DNA from: Patescibacteria group bacterium
GTDB taxonomy: Bacteria > Patescibacteriota > Patescibacteriia > Buchananbacterales > UBA6539
DNA length: 64,000 nt
Direction of reading: 5' to 3'
Assembly (NCBI GenBank): GCA_034003985.1
Contig: JAVEXP010000003.1
Span: 122,643 to 186,642, forward strand
A program made the translations under genes and the position numbers. This document shows, piece by piece, positions 11,988 to 21,517 of the stretch. The notes beneath the pieces are model-generated. The model was given only the letters and a program-made list of their open reading frames with translations, was not told the DNA's origin and did not search any database. The stretch's first letter is position 1. Each line of letters opens with the position of its first letter.

Positions 11988-13508
11988 TTATTCGACCTTA
12001 GGACGATACTGCAAGGCTTCGGCCACATGATCCAAGGTTATCTTTTCGGCTTCGGCCAGATCGGCAATTGTGCGAGCCAACTTTAAAACCCGAAAATAAG
12101 ATCGGGTGGACAATCCAAGCCGATTAACGGCCTGGCGCAAAAGTTCAATTGTTTGATTATCAAGCTGACAAGATTCCCTGACTTGGCGGGAATTCATTTC
12201 GCTGTTGGTCAGCAAACCAAATGGCGTTAAGCGCCGGTGCTGGACCAAACGCGATTGTTCAATCCGCCGTTTAATTTGAGCGGAACTTTCCGAACATTGA
12301 TCGTTGATCAATCGGTCAAATTTTACCTTGGGGACTTCAACATGCAAATCAATCCGATCCAAAAGCGGCCCGGAAATTTTGCGCTGATAATTAATGATCT
12401 GCGACGGCAAACAAGTGCACTGACGCTGACTGTCGTTGAGATAGCCGCAGGGACAGGGGTTCATCGCCGCCACCAAAATAAATTTGGCGGGAAACTGCAA
12501 AGTGCCGGAAGCGCGAGAAATTGATACTGTCCCACTCTCCAACGGCTGACGCAGATTTTCCAAAACCGTTCGGGGGAATTCGGGAAATTCGTCCAGAAAC
12601 AAAACGCCGCGATGGGCCAAAGAAATCTCACCAGGCTTTGGCCAGCTACCGCCGCCCACCAAAGCCGGCGCCGAAGCGCTATGATGAGGATCGCGAAATG
12701 GTCGGGCAGTAATCAGCGGCTGGTTTGACGGCAATAACCCGGCGACACTATAAATGCGAGTAACCTCCAAAGCCTCGCGACGGTTCAAGTCTGGTAAAAT
12801 ACTAATCATCGTTTTAGCCAATAAAGTTTTGCCCGATCCCGGCGGCCCGGACATTAAAATATTATGAGCTCCGGCGGCGGCAATTTCCAAAGCCCGTTTA
12901 ACATGAGATTGGCCTTTAACCTGACTCATATCAAATTCAAAATCCGGGCGACAAAAATCAAAATTTCCAGCGGCAGTAAATCTTTTAATCTCACTAACCC
13001 CGCGCAGATGATAGACTAATTCCAAAAGGTTGGCGCAAGGAATGATTGTCAAACCATCAACCAGCGAGGCTTCAGCGGCATTCACCTGGGGAACAAAAAC
13101 CGTCTTAATCCCCCGCTGCAAAGCAAACAGGCAAATCGACAAAATACCATTGACGCCACGCAAATCACCATTAAGCGCCAACTCGCCAACAAACAAACTT
13201 TCCAAAAAAATTGGTTTCAAAGGAAGTTGGTTACTAACCAACAGAATACTGATAGCAATTGGCAAATCATAAGCCGGACCGGCTTTTTTCAAATCAGCCG
13301 GTGCCAAATTGATGGTAACTTTACTGCGCGGCATCTGAAGAGAAGAATTTTTAATCGCCGAGCGAACCCGCTCACGCGATTCATCGACTGATTTATCCGG
13401 TAAACCGACAATGAATATTCCCGGCAAAGCCGGACTAACATCAGATTCAACCTCGACTAACTCACAGTCCAGTCCCAAAATGGCGGCAGAATAAACTTTG
13501 GCAGACAT
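11988..13508 (-). CDS. YifB/ComM family Mg-chelatase-like AAA ATPase
   Basis: 506 aa, Walker A GPPGSGKT, overall YifB architecture. Confidence 0.85.
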   Translation of the reverse strand: MSAKVYSAAILGLDCELVEVESDVSPALPGIFIVGLPDKSVDESRERVRSAIKNSSLQMPRSKVTINLAPADLKKAGPAYDLPIAISILLVSNQLPLKPIFLESLFVGELALNGDLRGVNGILSICLFALQRGIKTVFVPQVNAAEASLVDGLTIIPCANLLELVYHLRGVSEIKRFTAAGNFDFCRPDFEFDMSQVKGQSHVKRALEIAAAGAHNILMSGPPGSGKTLLAKTMISILPDLNRREALEVTRIYSVAGLLPSNQPLITARPFRDPHHSASAPALVGGGSWPKPGEISLAHRGVLFLDEFPEFPRTVLENLRQPLESGTVSISRASGTLQFPAKFILVAAMNPCPCGYLNDSQRQCTCLPSQIINYQRKISGPLLDRIDLHVEVPKVKFDRLINDQCSESSAQIKRRIEQSRLVQHRRLTPFGLLTNSEMNSRQVRESCQLDNQTIELLRQAVNRLGLSTRSYFRVLKLARTIADLAEAEKITLDHVAEALQYRPKVE

Positions 13509-13755
13509 AAAATTAAAATGTTAATTTTGAAATTCGAATTTTTAATCAATTTTGAATATTCCAATATCAGATCAAAATTTAAAATTATAAAGTCATAATT
13601 AAAAGCGCAGTCTGGCTGCGCTATATTGATTGACTATAAATTTATAATTTCTGATTGAAGCTTAGCTCAAAAAATATTTTTTGTCCAGGATTGACAAACC
13701 AATAAAATAAAATTACTCTGAATGATGGTTATCATCACCATTGGAGGGCTTGATT

Positions 13756-13905
13756 ATGACCAGGCACATTCAATCTGTATCTGCCTCGAAATCTTTGGAG
13801 TGCCCAGTTCACCATCTGCCACTGGAACGCAAAGGTGGAGAGGGAAACGACAAGCTGGCTTGCCCGGTTTGCCTATGTAATGCCAAAATTGCCAACCTGT
13901 TGTAA
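13756..13905 (+). CDS. small zinc-ribbon protein (49 aa), not in the supplied ORF track
   Basis: GGAGGG RBS 7 nt upstream of ATG. MTRHIQSVSASKSLECPVHHLPLERKGGEGNDKLACPVCLCNAKIANLL. Two CPV(H/C) pairs. Followed by a hairpin plus T7 terminator. Confidence 0.45.
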   Translation: MTRHIQSVSASKSLECPVHHLPLERKGGEGNDKLACPVCLCNAKIANLL

Positions 13906-13940
13906 ACGGCAAAACGCTTTACACAACCCACTTGTTACGG

Positions 13941-13982
13941 TAGCCAACTAGCACCGTCCTGGTTCTAGTTGGCTTTTTTTAT
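13941..13982 (+). terminator. intrinsic terminator; overlaps the lspA 3' end
   Basis: AGCCAACTAG-loop-CTAGTTGGCT followed by TTTTTTT. Confidence 0.7.
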
Positions 13983-14411
13983 TCTCAAAATAAGAAAAAT
14001 CAAAATACCGACTCCAACAGTAATTAAACAGTCAGCGATATTAAAAACGGTAAACCAACTAACATCAATATAATCAATCACGAACCCATAACGCCAGCGA
14101 TCAATTAAATTGGAAATTGAGCCGATCAGCAAAAGACTAAGGGCGATGCTTTCCCAACTTCGTCTTGAGCGACAAGCGTTTAAAAGCAACCCGGTCAAGA
14201 TGATCACAATGGTAATCGTAATAATTATCAAAAGAGGCTGGTTAAAGCTCAAACCAAAAGCGATTCCGGGATTTTTAACTAGGCGAAAAGCCAAACCAAA
14301 AATGCCGCCGAAATTTTCGGCCGCATTCAACAAAAACCAATTCTTAAGAAATCGATCAACAATAAATATACCAAACAAAGCGATGCTGAAACCAAAATAC
14401 TTTTTAAACAT
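13965..14411 (-). CDS. lspA: lipoprotein signal peptidase II
   Basis: 148 aa, motifs NPGIAFG, SNLIDR, FVIDYI, FNIAD. Confidence 0.85.
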   Translation of the reverse strand: MFKKYFGFSIALFGIFIVDRFLKNWFLLNAAENFGGIFGLAFRLVKNPGIAFGLSFNQPLLIIITITIVIILTGLLLNACRSRRSWESIALSLLLIGSISNLIDRWRYGFVIDYIDVSWFTVFNIADCLITVGVGILIFLILRIKKAN

Positions 14412-14416
14412 GCCGG

Positions 14417-14809
14417 CTAGGCTTCACCCTTCAGCTGCTTCTTACAGTTCACACAAGAGCTAGAGGTCGGCCTGATTTTCAATCGCTCAATTTCAATGGC
14501 TTTGCCACAATGCTTACAGACGCCATACTTGCCTTGAACAATACTGGCCAGTGCCTGATGAACATCGCGCAACTGTTTTTCCAAAGTATGCTCCAAACTT
14601 AATCGATCGCTATACTCGGCGACCTCATTGGCATTCTCATCTTCATCGTTGCCAAAATCGGGAAACTCTGAACGATAATTATCCTTGATAGTTGAATCCT
14701 TGCTGGTAAAATCACCCAAGGCCTTTTCCAGCTTGGTCTTTTCGTCTTCCAAAGACTGTTTGATTTCGTCTAAGACTGATTGATCCATAGATAAATTTAA
14801 TGATGTCAA
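14417..14809 (-). CDS. DksA/TraR family C4-type zinc-finger protein
   Basis: C-terminal CxxC-17-CxxC (CKHCG...CVNC) with N-terminal coiled-coil. Confidence 0.75.
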   Translation of the reverse strand: MTSLNLSMDQSVLDEIKQSLEDEKTKLEKALGDFTSKDSTIKDNYRSEFPDFGNDEDENANEVAEYSDRLSLEHTLEKQLRDVHQALASIVQGKYGVCKHCGKAIEIERLKIRPTSSSCVNCKKQLKGEA

Positions 14810-14851
14810 TTAATAATATGATATTAAGATTAAGGCTTAATGTCAATATTT

Positions 14852-14915
14852 CGCCAAAAAGAAAGAGGCGCGGAGAGCGCCCAAAATAACATTGTTATTA
14901 GATGGCGTCCGCGCC
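14852..14915 (-). terminator. strong intrinsic terminator ending a non-coding minus-strand transcript
   Basis: 10-bp GC stem GAGGCGCGGA/TCCGCGCCTC with a nested hairpin, followed by a U-tract on the minus strand. Confidence 0.6.
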
Positions 14916-15230
14916 TCAAAAACCTTCAACGGACGCCCGGGCACTCAGGAGGCAGAAAACCAAATTTGGTTTTCTCTCTTCTGAATGCTCAGACATTAGC
15001 CGCTGAAAGCGGTTTAAGCGCTTTCACTGACTAAAGCACTCCTCTACCCCTCTTTGGTTAGGACTCTCTTTGTTGGGCCCTTCAACCGCAATTTTTGTTT
15101 TTGTTTTTGCAGGACATAGTCAGCTTTATGTCCCGAAAGAGGAAGAGTAGTAGAGAAGAAAAAAATTTCTCCAATTATTTGGGGAAACTTTTCTGTAACT
15201 TTTCAAAGAATAGTTATTACTATATCTTAC
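14852..15230 (-). ncRNA. candidate ~380-nt non-coding RNA with its own promoter and terminator, identity unknown
   Basis: Minus-strand promoter TTGACA-17-TATACT at 15237-15265. No ORF over 30 aa and no RBS. Multiple hairpins incl. GNRA loops and a 22-bp perfect palindrome. Ends at the 14852-14915 terminator. Confidence 0.4.
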
Positions 15231-15236
15231 ACAATT

Positions 15237-15265
15237 AGTATATCACAACTAAATGGTTATGTCAA
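15237..15265 (-). promoter_or_regulatory. sigma70-like promoter (minus strand) driving the non-coding transcript
   Basis: TTGACA, 17-nt spacer, TATACT read on the minus strand. Confidence 0.5.
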
Positions 15266-15380
15266 TGTTTAAGATATATATTTCAAAAAAATCCTGTATT
15301 TTAGCAATTTTTATCACTTTACATAATGATAAAAAAATTGTTTATTAATAATCAAATTATTAACATCTTATCCACAGTCA

Positions 15381-16838
15381 TCAAAAATCAAGAAAACACC
15401 CCTCTACCCTATCACGATTTAATGAACCAAGGGCAATTGAGCCAGCAGGCAGCCAAGTCCTCAAACCTGGCAGGTTGCCGGCATCTTTAATCAGCATCGC
15501 GAGGCTAGAAAGATGACAACGAGAGGCGATGTCTGAAACAGTCACCGACGAAGTGGCGTTAAGATAATGCCCAAGCAATTCCCGGGAGCTGGCAAACAGC
15601 AACTTTTGGTCTGAGACGGCATAGGCAATATTAAAATCCAGCTCGGGGACAGACAGATAATCAACCTGGCCGTCAAAATGCCAGACAAGCTCCTGTGGAA
15701 CGGCAAATAATTCAGTTACTAAACTGCCATCCGGTAACTCATAAACTGACTGCTGTGGCAATTTCCAGGACAGCCAAACATTAATCAGCTTCCTTAAGTT
15801 TTTAGGATCATCAGAATCATCCAACCTAGCAACAACAAGATAATTAAAACCAACCGTCGAGGTGTTGGCTTGAGAGAATATCAGCAAATCAGCAGACTCG
15901 CCAAAAGAATCATTTAACAGTTGGCCCAAACTAAGGCCGTAAGCACTCTGTGAAATTTGAGTCAGTTGATTAAAACTAGAAATCATAACTGGATCCAGAC
16001 TGGCGACATTAAAAAATAATTCCGGTAAATTCAATCCTGGAATAAAAACTTGAAAATCCTCGGGAACAGCGATGGCCAGGGTTTGAGTGGTTTTAATATT
16101 ATTCAGTCCCTTAGAAAAAATCTCCAAGCACCATTGATCATTTTTAATGGCTGATGAAAAATAAATATCGGAACCAAGCAACTGCCGATAAATATAATTT
16201 GATTTACTGCCCACTTGATTTAAATAATCAATCAAGCGACGATGATTTAAATAAGCATTAATTGGCGCCAACGGCCGATCAAAATTAAGCTTAGCCTGAG
16301 CCAGGGAAAAAATTTTACCGTCAGCGACTTCTTTAATTTGTTCCAAGGCCGAAGATGAATCGGCACAAACCATAATTCGATCATCAAACAATAAACAAAG
16401 ATTGTCTGCAATAACCTTGGAATCAATCCGATTGCCGGAATCAAGAAAAAATAAATAAGCAGTGGCCAGCTGATCATTCAACGGGAAAACCGCCAAAGCC
16501 GCTTGATTAGAAAAAGCCAAAATTTGGCGATACCATTCCAATCGCTCGGAACCTGAATCTGAATATTTTTGTAGCAATTCAAAATAAGGTGACTGTCCCA
16601 AATTTATCTGACGATCCTGCCAAAAAGTATTGGGATTAGCCTGAACATAAAAAATTGAATCAAGCGGCGCCAATTCAGCCAGCCGATCAGCGGTTAAATA
16701 ATAATAACGATTCAGACTCCAAACTACCAAAATAATCAGACAAAATAAAAGAACCCCACCAACCGCCCAGAACTGCCATGGTCCAAATCGCTGGAAGCGC
16801 TTGGTTTCAGTTTTAGGGCTTTGGAAGGGTTCTTCCAT
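15381..16838 (-). CDS. hypothetical protein, N-terminal TM anchor
   Basis: 485-aa ORF, no recognisable motif. Confidence 0.4.
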   Translation of the reverse strand: MEEPFQSPKTETKRFQRFGPWQFWAVGGVLLFCLIILVVWSLNRYYYLTADRLAELAPLDSIFYVQANPNTFWQDRQINLGQSPYFELLQKYSDSGSERLEWYRQILAFSNQAALAVFPLNDQLATAYLFFLDSGNRIDSKVIADNLCLLFDDRIMVCADSSSALEQIKEVADGKIFSLAQAKLNFDRPLAPINAYLNHRRLIDYLNQVGSKSNYIYRQLLGSDIYFSSAIKNDQWCLEIFSKGLNNIKTTQTLAIAVPEDFQVFIPGLNLPELFFNVASLDPVMISSFNQLTQISQSAYGLSLGQLLNDSFGESADLLIFSQANTSTVGFNYLVVARLDDSDDPKNLRKLINVWLSWKLPQQSVYELPDGSLVTELFAVPQELVWHFDGQVDYLSVPELDFNIAYAVSDQKLLFASSRELLGHYLNATSSVTVSDIASRCHLSSLAMLIKDAGNLPGLRTWLPAGSIALGSLNRDRVEGCFLDF

Positions 16839-16856
16839 TTTCGTATTTGAGTTATT

Positions 16857-19073
16857 TTATCTTCGAGGTTTTTTGAAGAACGGCTTGCGACCATGATCTT
16901 CGTGGCGTCGTTCATAGGGACGGTCTTCATAACCCGCCGGTTTTTCTTTCAATACTTTAAGCGACAAATTAATCCGGCCCTTTTCATCAATCTTAATGAC
17001 TTTAACCGTGACTTCGTCACCGATATTAACAACATCGGTAACGGCATTAACATGTTGCCAGGCCAATTCGGAAATGTGAATCATCCCCTCTTGACCGGGC
17101 AGAATTTCAACCATCGCACCAAAATCAAACAATCGGCTGACTTTGCCGGTAAATACTTCACCGACTTCAACCTCTCGAACAATATTCTTAATCCATTCAA
17201 CCGCAGCATCAGAATCACTACCCGGAACGCCGGTCACCATCACTAGACCGTCTTGTTCAATATCAATTTGAACGCCGGTCTTGTCAATAATTTCATTAAT
17301 GATTTTACCACCCGGGCCGATGACTTCCCGGATTTTTTCCGGATTAATATTAAAGGAAATAATCCGCGGAGCATACTTAGACAATTCTGTTCGCGCCTCG
17401 GGAATAACTTTATCCATCACCTGCAAAATTTCCAGGCGGGCTTTCAGGCCCTGTTCAAAAGTCTGTTTCACAACATCTAAAGGGATGCCCTGGGTTTTGG
17501 TATCAAGCTGAATGGCGGTAATGCCGTCTTTAGTTCCGGCAATTTTGAAATCCATACCGCCTTGACCGTCTTCCAAATCCTGCAGATCGGTTAAAACTTT
17601 ATATTTGCCATTAGTTTCGTCGGAAGCCAAACCCATGGCCACACCGGCGACTGATTTTTTGATTGGCACACCGGCATCCATTAAAGCCAAGCTGGAACCA
17701 CAAACTGACGCCTGGGAAGAAGAACCATTTGAACCCAAAACTTCGGAAACCACCCGAATAGTATAAGGAAATTCTTCTTTGGCGGGAATCAACGGGCGCA
17801 AAGCTTTTTCAGCTAACGCGCCATGACCAATTTCCCGGCGGCCAGGAGAACCAAGCCGACCAGCTTCGCCAACTGAATAAGGAGGAAAATTATAATGATG
17901 CATGTAGCGCTTGCGGCCGCTTTCTTCCAAGCCTTCTAAAAACTGCTCATCACCAGGGGCACCCAAAGTCACAACGGACAAAACCTGGGTCTCGCCGCGA
18001 TTAAAAAGCGCAGAGCCGTGAGTCCGTGGCAATAAGCCGACTTCGACATTAAGCGCTCGAGTCTCGGTTAATTTCCGACCGTCAACCCGGCGATCTTCTT
18101 CCAAGATGGCACGAACAACTTCTTGTTCAACAAACTCATCAAAGATGGGCAGCGCCAACTTGCGGCGTTCTTTGCCAATGTTTTCACCTTCCAAATAAGC
18201 CAACAATTCTTCTTTGCCTCTAGCCAACGCCTGCTTACGCTCGGCCTTGGTTAATAAATTCTTATCAAATAAGACTTGGGGAACATTTTTCTTAATCCAG
18301 TCAGAAGTTTTGGCAACCAACTCTTTATGGGACTCGGGGGTTTCTTCGTCGTCAGCGCTGGCGGCTACCAAAGACTGTAATTCAACTTTGGGTTTGCCAA
18401 CTTCTTTAGCGACTTCATTAATCAACTTAATTACACTATCAATATTCTTTAAAGCATATTCAATTCCCTGATAGGCAATATCTTCACTGACTTCCAAACC
18501 TTCAGCTTCCAGCATCAATAACTTGCCGTCTTTGCCGGCGACGATGAAATCCATGACACTTTGTTCGCGCTGTTCAAAGGTCGGGTTTAAAACCCAAGCA
18601 TCTTCAACCCGGCCAACCCGGACACCGGCCAAAGGACCATTCCAAGGAATATTGGAAATTGCCAAAGCGGCCGAAGCAGCGATCAGACCGACGACATCGG
18701 AATCATTTTCGCTGTCAAAAGACAAAACGGTCAAAATGACCTGGACTTCATTCTTTAAAGTTTCAGGAAAAAGCGGCCGAATAGCCCGATCAACCAAACG
18801 AGAAGTCAAAATCGCCTCGTCAGACGGACGGCCTTCACGCTTAATCCAACGGCTGCCTTTGATTTTTCCAGCCGCATATAATTTTTCTTCGTAATCGACA
18901 GAGAGCGGAAAATAATCCGCACCTTCGCGAATGCCACCCATAACGGCGGTGGCCAAAACGACGGTATCGCCCAAGCGGACGGTACATGAACCGCTGGCCT
19001 GCTGGGCCAAAATGCCGGTTTCAATAATTAATTTCTGACCGGCAAAATCGGTTTCAAAAACTTTTTTGCTCAT
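16857..19073 (-). CDS. pnp: polyribonucleotide nucleotidyltransferase (PNPase)
   Basis: 738 aa, two RNase PH domains plus KH/S1. Preceded by rpsO in classic synteny. Confidence 0.95.
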   Translation of the reverse strand: MSKKVFETDFAGQKLIIETGILAQQASGSCTVRLGDTVVLATAVMGGIREGADYFPLSVDYEEKLYAAGKIKGSRWIKREGRPSDEAILTSRLVDRAIRPLFPETLKNEVQVILTVLSFDSENDSDVVGLIAASAALAISNIPWNGPLAGVRVGRVEDAWVLNPTFEQREQSVMDFIVAGKDGKLLMLEAEGLEVSEDIAYQGIEYALKNIDSVIKLINEVAKEVGKPKVELQSLVAASADDEETPESHKELVAKTSDWIKKNVPQVLFDKNLLTKAERKQALARGKEELLAYLEGENIGKERRKLALPIFDEFVEQEVVRAILEEDRRVDGRKLTETRALNVEVGLLPRTHGSALFNRGETQVLSVVTLGAPGDEQFLEGLEESGRKRYMHHYNFPPYSVGEAGRLGSPGRREIGHGALAEKALRPLIPAKEEFPYTIRVVSEVLGSNGSSSQASVCGSSLALMDAGVPIKKSVAGVAMGLASDETNGKYKVLTDLQDLEDGQGGMDFKIAGTKDGITAIQLDTKTQGIPLDVVKQTFEQGLKARLEILQVMDKVIPEARTELSKYAPRIISFNINPEKIREVIGPGGKIINEIIDKTGVQIDIEQDGLVMVTGVPGSDSDAAVEWIKNIVREVEVGEVFTGKVSRLFDFGAMVEILPGQEGMIHISELAWQHVNAVTDVVNIGDEVTVKVIKIDEKGRINLSLKVLKEKPAGYEDRPYERRHEDHGRKPFFKKPRR

Positions 19074-19189
19074 AACTAATCCTTTTGGGACTGTTTGGCA
19101 GGTTTGACGTTACTAGCACTTACTCACCACTTATTGAAAGTGAAAAGTAGCTACTAACAACGCAACCAATAAACAGTCCGATTATTAAT

Positions 19190-19747
19190 TTATCTTTTAG
19201 TTAATTTTTTAATGTTGGGAATTATCTTATTAATCGCACTCCCTTGAGCGGGAATAAGATATTTCTTCAAATCTTTACCCAAATCAATGAAATCATCAAC
19301 GGCTTCAATCAGCTTGGCGGAAGTGGTTTTACCAAAAGCCAAAACTTCTACCTGGCAACCTTTGTTTTCATGCAAATAAGTAACCATTGGGATATAATCA
19401 CCATCACCGGAAACCAAAATAATACTATCCAGTTTATCGGCCATCTTGATTGCGTCGACAGCAATGCCAACATCCCAGTCGGCTTTTTTGGCGCCGGTGG
19501 CAAAAATTTGCAAATCCTTGGCCTTGACCTCAAACCCCTGATTATCAAGCGCGCCAAAAAATCCGCGCTCTTCGTCGGACTCCGAACGAATAACATAAGC
19601 AATCGCCCTAATCAGTTTACGGTTGGCCACGGCGGTTTTTAAAACTTCTTTGAAGTTGACTTTGGCACCATACAGATTTTTGGCTGAATGGTACATGTTA
19701 GCAACATCGACAAAAACGCCGACACGCTGCTCGCGATGTTTAATCAT
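19190..19747 (-). CDS. NYN-domain (LabA-like) protein
   Basis: 185 aa, VFVDVANMY...SGDGDY motifs. Confidence 0.65.
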   Translation of the reverse strand: MIKHREQRVGVFVDVANMYHSAKNLYGAKVNFKEVLKTAVANRKLIRAIAYVIRSESDEERGFFGALDNQGFEVKAKDLQIFATGAKKADWDVGIAVDAIKMADKLDSIILVSGDGDYIPMVTYLHENKGCQVEVLAFGKTTSAKLIEAVDDFIDLGKDLKKYLIPAQGSAINKIIPNIKKLTKR

Positions 19748-19753
19748 AAAAAA

Positions 19754-20125
19754 TTACTCCTCGGATTTAACTTCCGACTCTTCGGTTTCTTCTTCGGTGG
19801 CGATATCGCCTTCCAGGTCATCCGCCAAATCTTGTTCTTTGGTCTCTTCAACAATCTTAGGAGTTTTGATTTTCAAATCTTTGACCAAAGCTTCGTAGGC
19901 ATTCTGGTCGTCGCGTTTTAAATAATTTAAAAGTCGCCGTCGTTCGGCCACTTTTTTTAATAAACCCCGTCGTGAAGAAAAATCCTTTTTATGGTCTTTT
20001 AAATGTTTAGTTAATTCTTTTATTTCTTCGGTTAAAATCGCAATTTGAACCTGCGATGAACCGGTATCGCTATCGTGAGTCTTGTACTTAGCGATAATTT
20101 TTTCCTTTTTTTTCTTGTCTAACAT
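19754..20125 (-). CDS. rpsO: 30S ribosomal protein S15 with acidic C-terminal extension
   Basis: [50 protein letters not shown]. Confidence 0.85.
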   Translation of the reverse strand: MLDKKKKEKIIAKYKTHDSDTGSSQVQIAILTEEIKELTKHLKDHKKDFSSRRGLLKKVAERRRLLNYLKRDDQNAYEALVKDLKIKTPKIVEETKEQDLADDLEGDIATEEETEESEVKSEE

Positions 20126-20328
20126 GTTGCTTGGCCCTTTACGGCTGCGGTTTCCAAGTTGGGTCTTGGTTAAATTTGGCCTAACCGAGAAGTCGCAGTT
20201 GTTAAATTAGTTAAATCATCCATTACCATATCATAATCAAAACTATTTGTCAATCCATTTAAAATAAAAAAAGTGCCCGCAAAAGCGAGCGAGGTTAACG
20301 GGAGCCAAGGGTGCAGCTTCGTCAAACC

Positions 20329-20592
20329 CTAAAGAACTTCGACCGAACCCACGACCTGGCCCCGATAGAACCACTGCTTCTTCAGGCCATTCCAGGTGAT
20401 GGCGGTATGGGTGGTGTTTTCCACCGTGAGCGACACCAATTCACCGTCGCCATTGGTATTCTTGACAATCAAGGTCCCTCCCGGGGATCGCAGGATCGAA
20501 TGCCCCTCTTCGGCCCTAATAACAAGCCGACTGCCGATTAACGCCTCATGCAGGATTCTGGTGATCTCTTGAGATGACATCTTTTCGGACAT
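20329..20592 (-). CDS. island gene G7, 87-aa hypothetical protein (weak HicA-like GH motif)
   Basis: AGGAGG RBS 7 nt upstream of ATG (MSEKMSSQ...). GC-rich relative to host. Confidence 0.5.
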   Translation of the reverse strand: MSEKMSSQEITRILHEALIGSRLVIRAEEGHSILRSPGGTLIVKNTNGDGELVSLTVENTTHTAITWNGLKKQWFYRGQVVGSVEVL

Positions 20593-20887
20593 GGCTGTAC
20601 CTCCTAAGTTACTGACTGCAGTTAGAAACACTCCGAGAAATTAAATTTATAAGATTTATTAAAAATTGTCAAAATCCTCAAAAAAATCACACCACTATTT
20701 GGTACGAACTAAAAAGCAAAAATACTGATGAAAAAATATAAAGCGCGTTTGGCCAAACATCCTAATTCAATGCCAGGGGGAAAAAGTTAATTTCCTTTTC
20801 TGCCTACCTAAATCACTTCTGGCTAAAAATAATTTTAGACAGAAATGGAGGAGAGAATTTTAGGTAAGCGGAAAAATAAACCATCTT

Positions 20888-20970
20888 CTTTCCTCAAGCT
20901 CCACCAAGTACCATGCCTGACAAGGTTAGTTGGAAGGAGGAACACGCCGCAAAGCTGGTGCTCCTCCATT
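20888..20970 (+). repeat. structured repeat element, copy 1 of a 5-member family (conserved box TTGGAAGGAGGA at 20930-20941)
   Basis: Shares about 45 nt (CCTCAAGC.CCAC.AAGTACCAT..) with copy 5. Covarying hairpin GGAGGAACAC/GTGCTCCTCC ends 8 nt from the G6 stop. Confidence 0.6.
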
Positions 20971-20975
20971 GTCAC

Positions 20976-21347
20976 TTAATCGGGATCCCAACCCCAAGTC
21001 TTATGGGGCTGGCGACTTCCACACCGGACCTCACCAAGAAAAATCCGGCTTTTGTACTTCCTTGGGAAAAAGACCACCTCCATGTGGTCATAACCTGCTG
21101 AGAATATCACTTTTTCTGGGATTTTTTCTACCCAGACCCATGCCAGCGCTGGGTTTTGACCAGAGAGAGGTCCAATATGGTTCATGAAGGATCGCCATTC
21201 GCGATTAAACCCCTCGACACAGTAGTCGGTCAAAACCTGGGTGGGTTCCGGCTTCTCGAAAACCAAGACAAACCCACTCTTTTCAGCCAAAATGGCTTTC
21301 GCCGCGGCGATTGCCTCATCATAGTATCCACCCTCTTCCTTTATCAT
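20976..21347 (-). CDS. island gene G6, 123-aa hypothetical protein
   Basis: AAGGAGAAG RBS 6 nt upstream of ATG (MIKEEGGYYDE...). Confidence 0.5.
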   Translation of the reverse strand: MIKEEGGYYDEAIAAAKAILAEKSGFVLVFEKPEPTQVLTDYCVEGFNREWRSFMNHIGPLSGQNPALAWVWVEKIPEKVIFSAGYDHMEVVFFPRKYKSRIFLGEVRCGSRQPHKTWGWDPD

Positions 21348-21419
21348 GATCTTCTCCTTTCCAAGATTTCGGCGCTACTAGCAGGTGTTCGTTTCCCGCT
21401 TCGCCAGCTCTATATTAAT

Positions 21420-21499
21420 CTTCCAACTAACCTCATCAAACCCTGAGCCCGATGAGATTAGTTGGAAGGAGGAGCACACAGTACCACTGGCACTCCTTC
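21420..21499 (+). repeat. structured repeat element, copy 2
   Basis: Near-perfect 18-bp palindrome CTTCCAACTAACCTCATC-13 nt-GATGAGATTAGTTGGAAG. Then GGAGGAG box and hairpin GAAGGAG/CTCCTTC ending 18 nt from the G5 stop. Confidence 0.6.
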
Positions 21500-21517
21500 G
21501 AGACGGTCACCTAGATC

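Noticed and set aside
14840-15034. 64-aa plus-strand ORF in the dksA upstream region
   Set aside because: No RBS and low-complexity sequence. It lies within a stretch better explained as a structured non-coding transcript on the opposite strand.
14930-15230. Assignment of the ORF-free transcript to tmRNA, RNase P RNA or SRP RNA
   Set aside because: I looked by eye for the tmRNA tag reading frame ending ALAA and the tRNA-like 3' end, for RNase P GGAAAGUCCGGGC and ACAGAACCCGGCUUA-type motifs, and for SRP domain IV GGAAGGAAGCAGC. None is present convincingly, so identity is left open.
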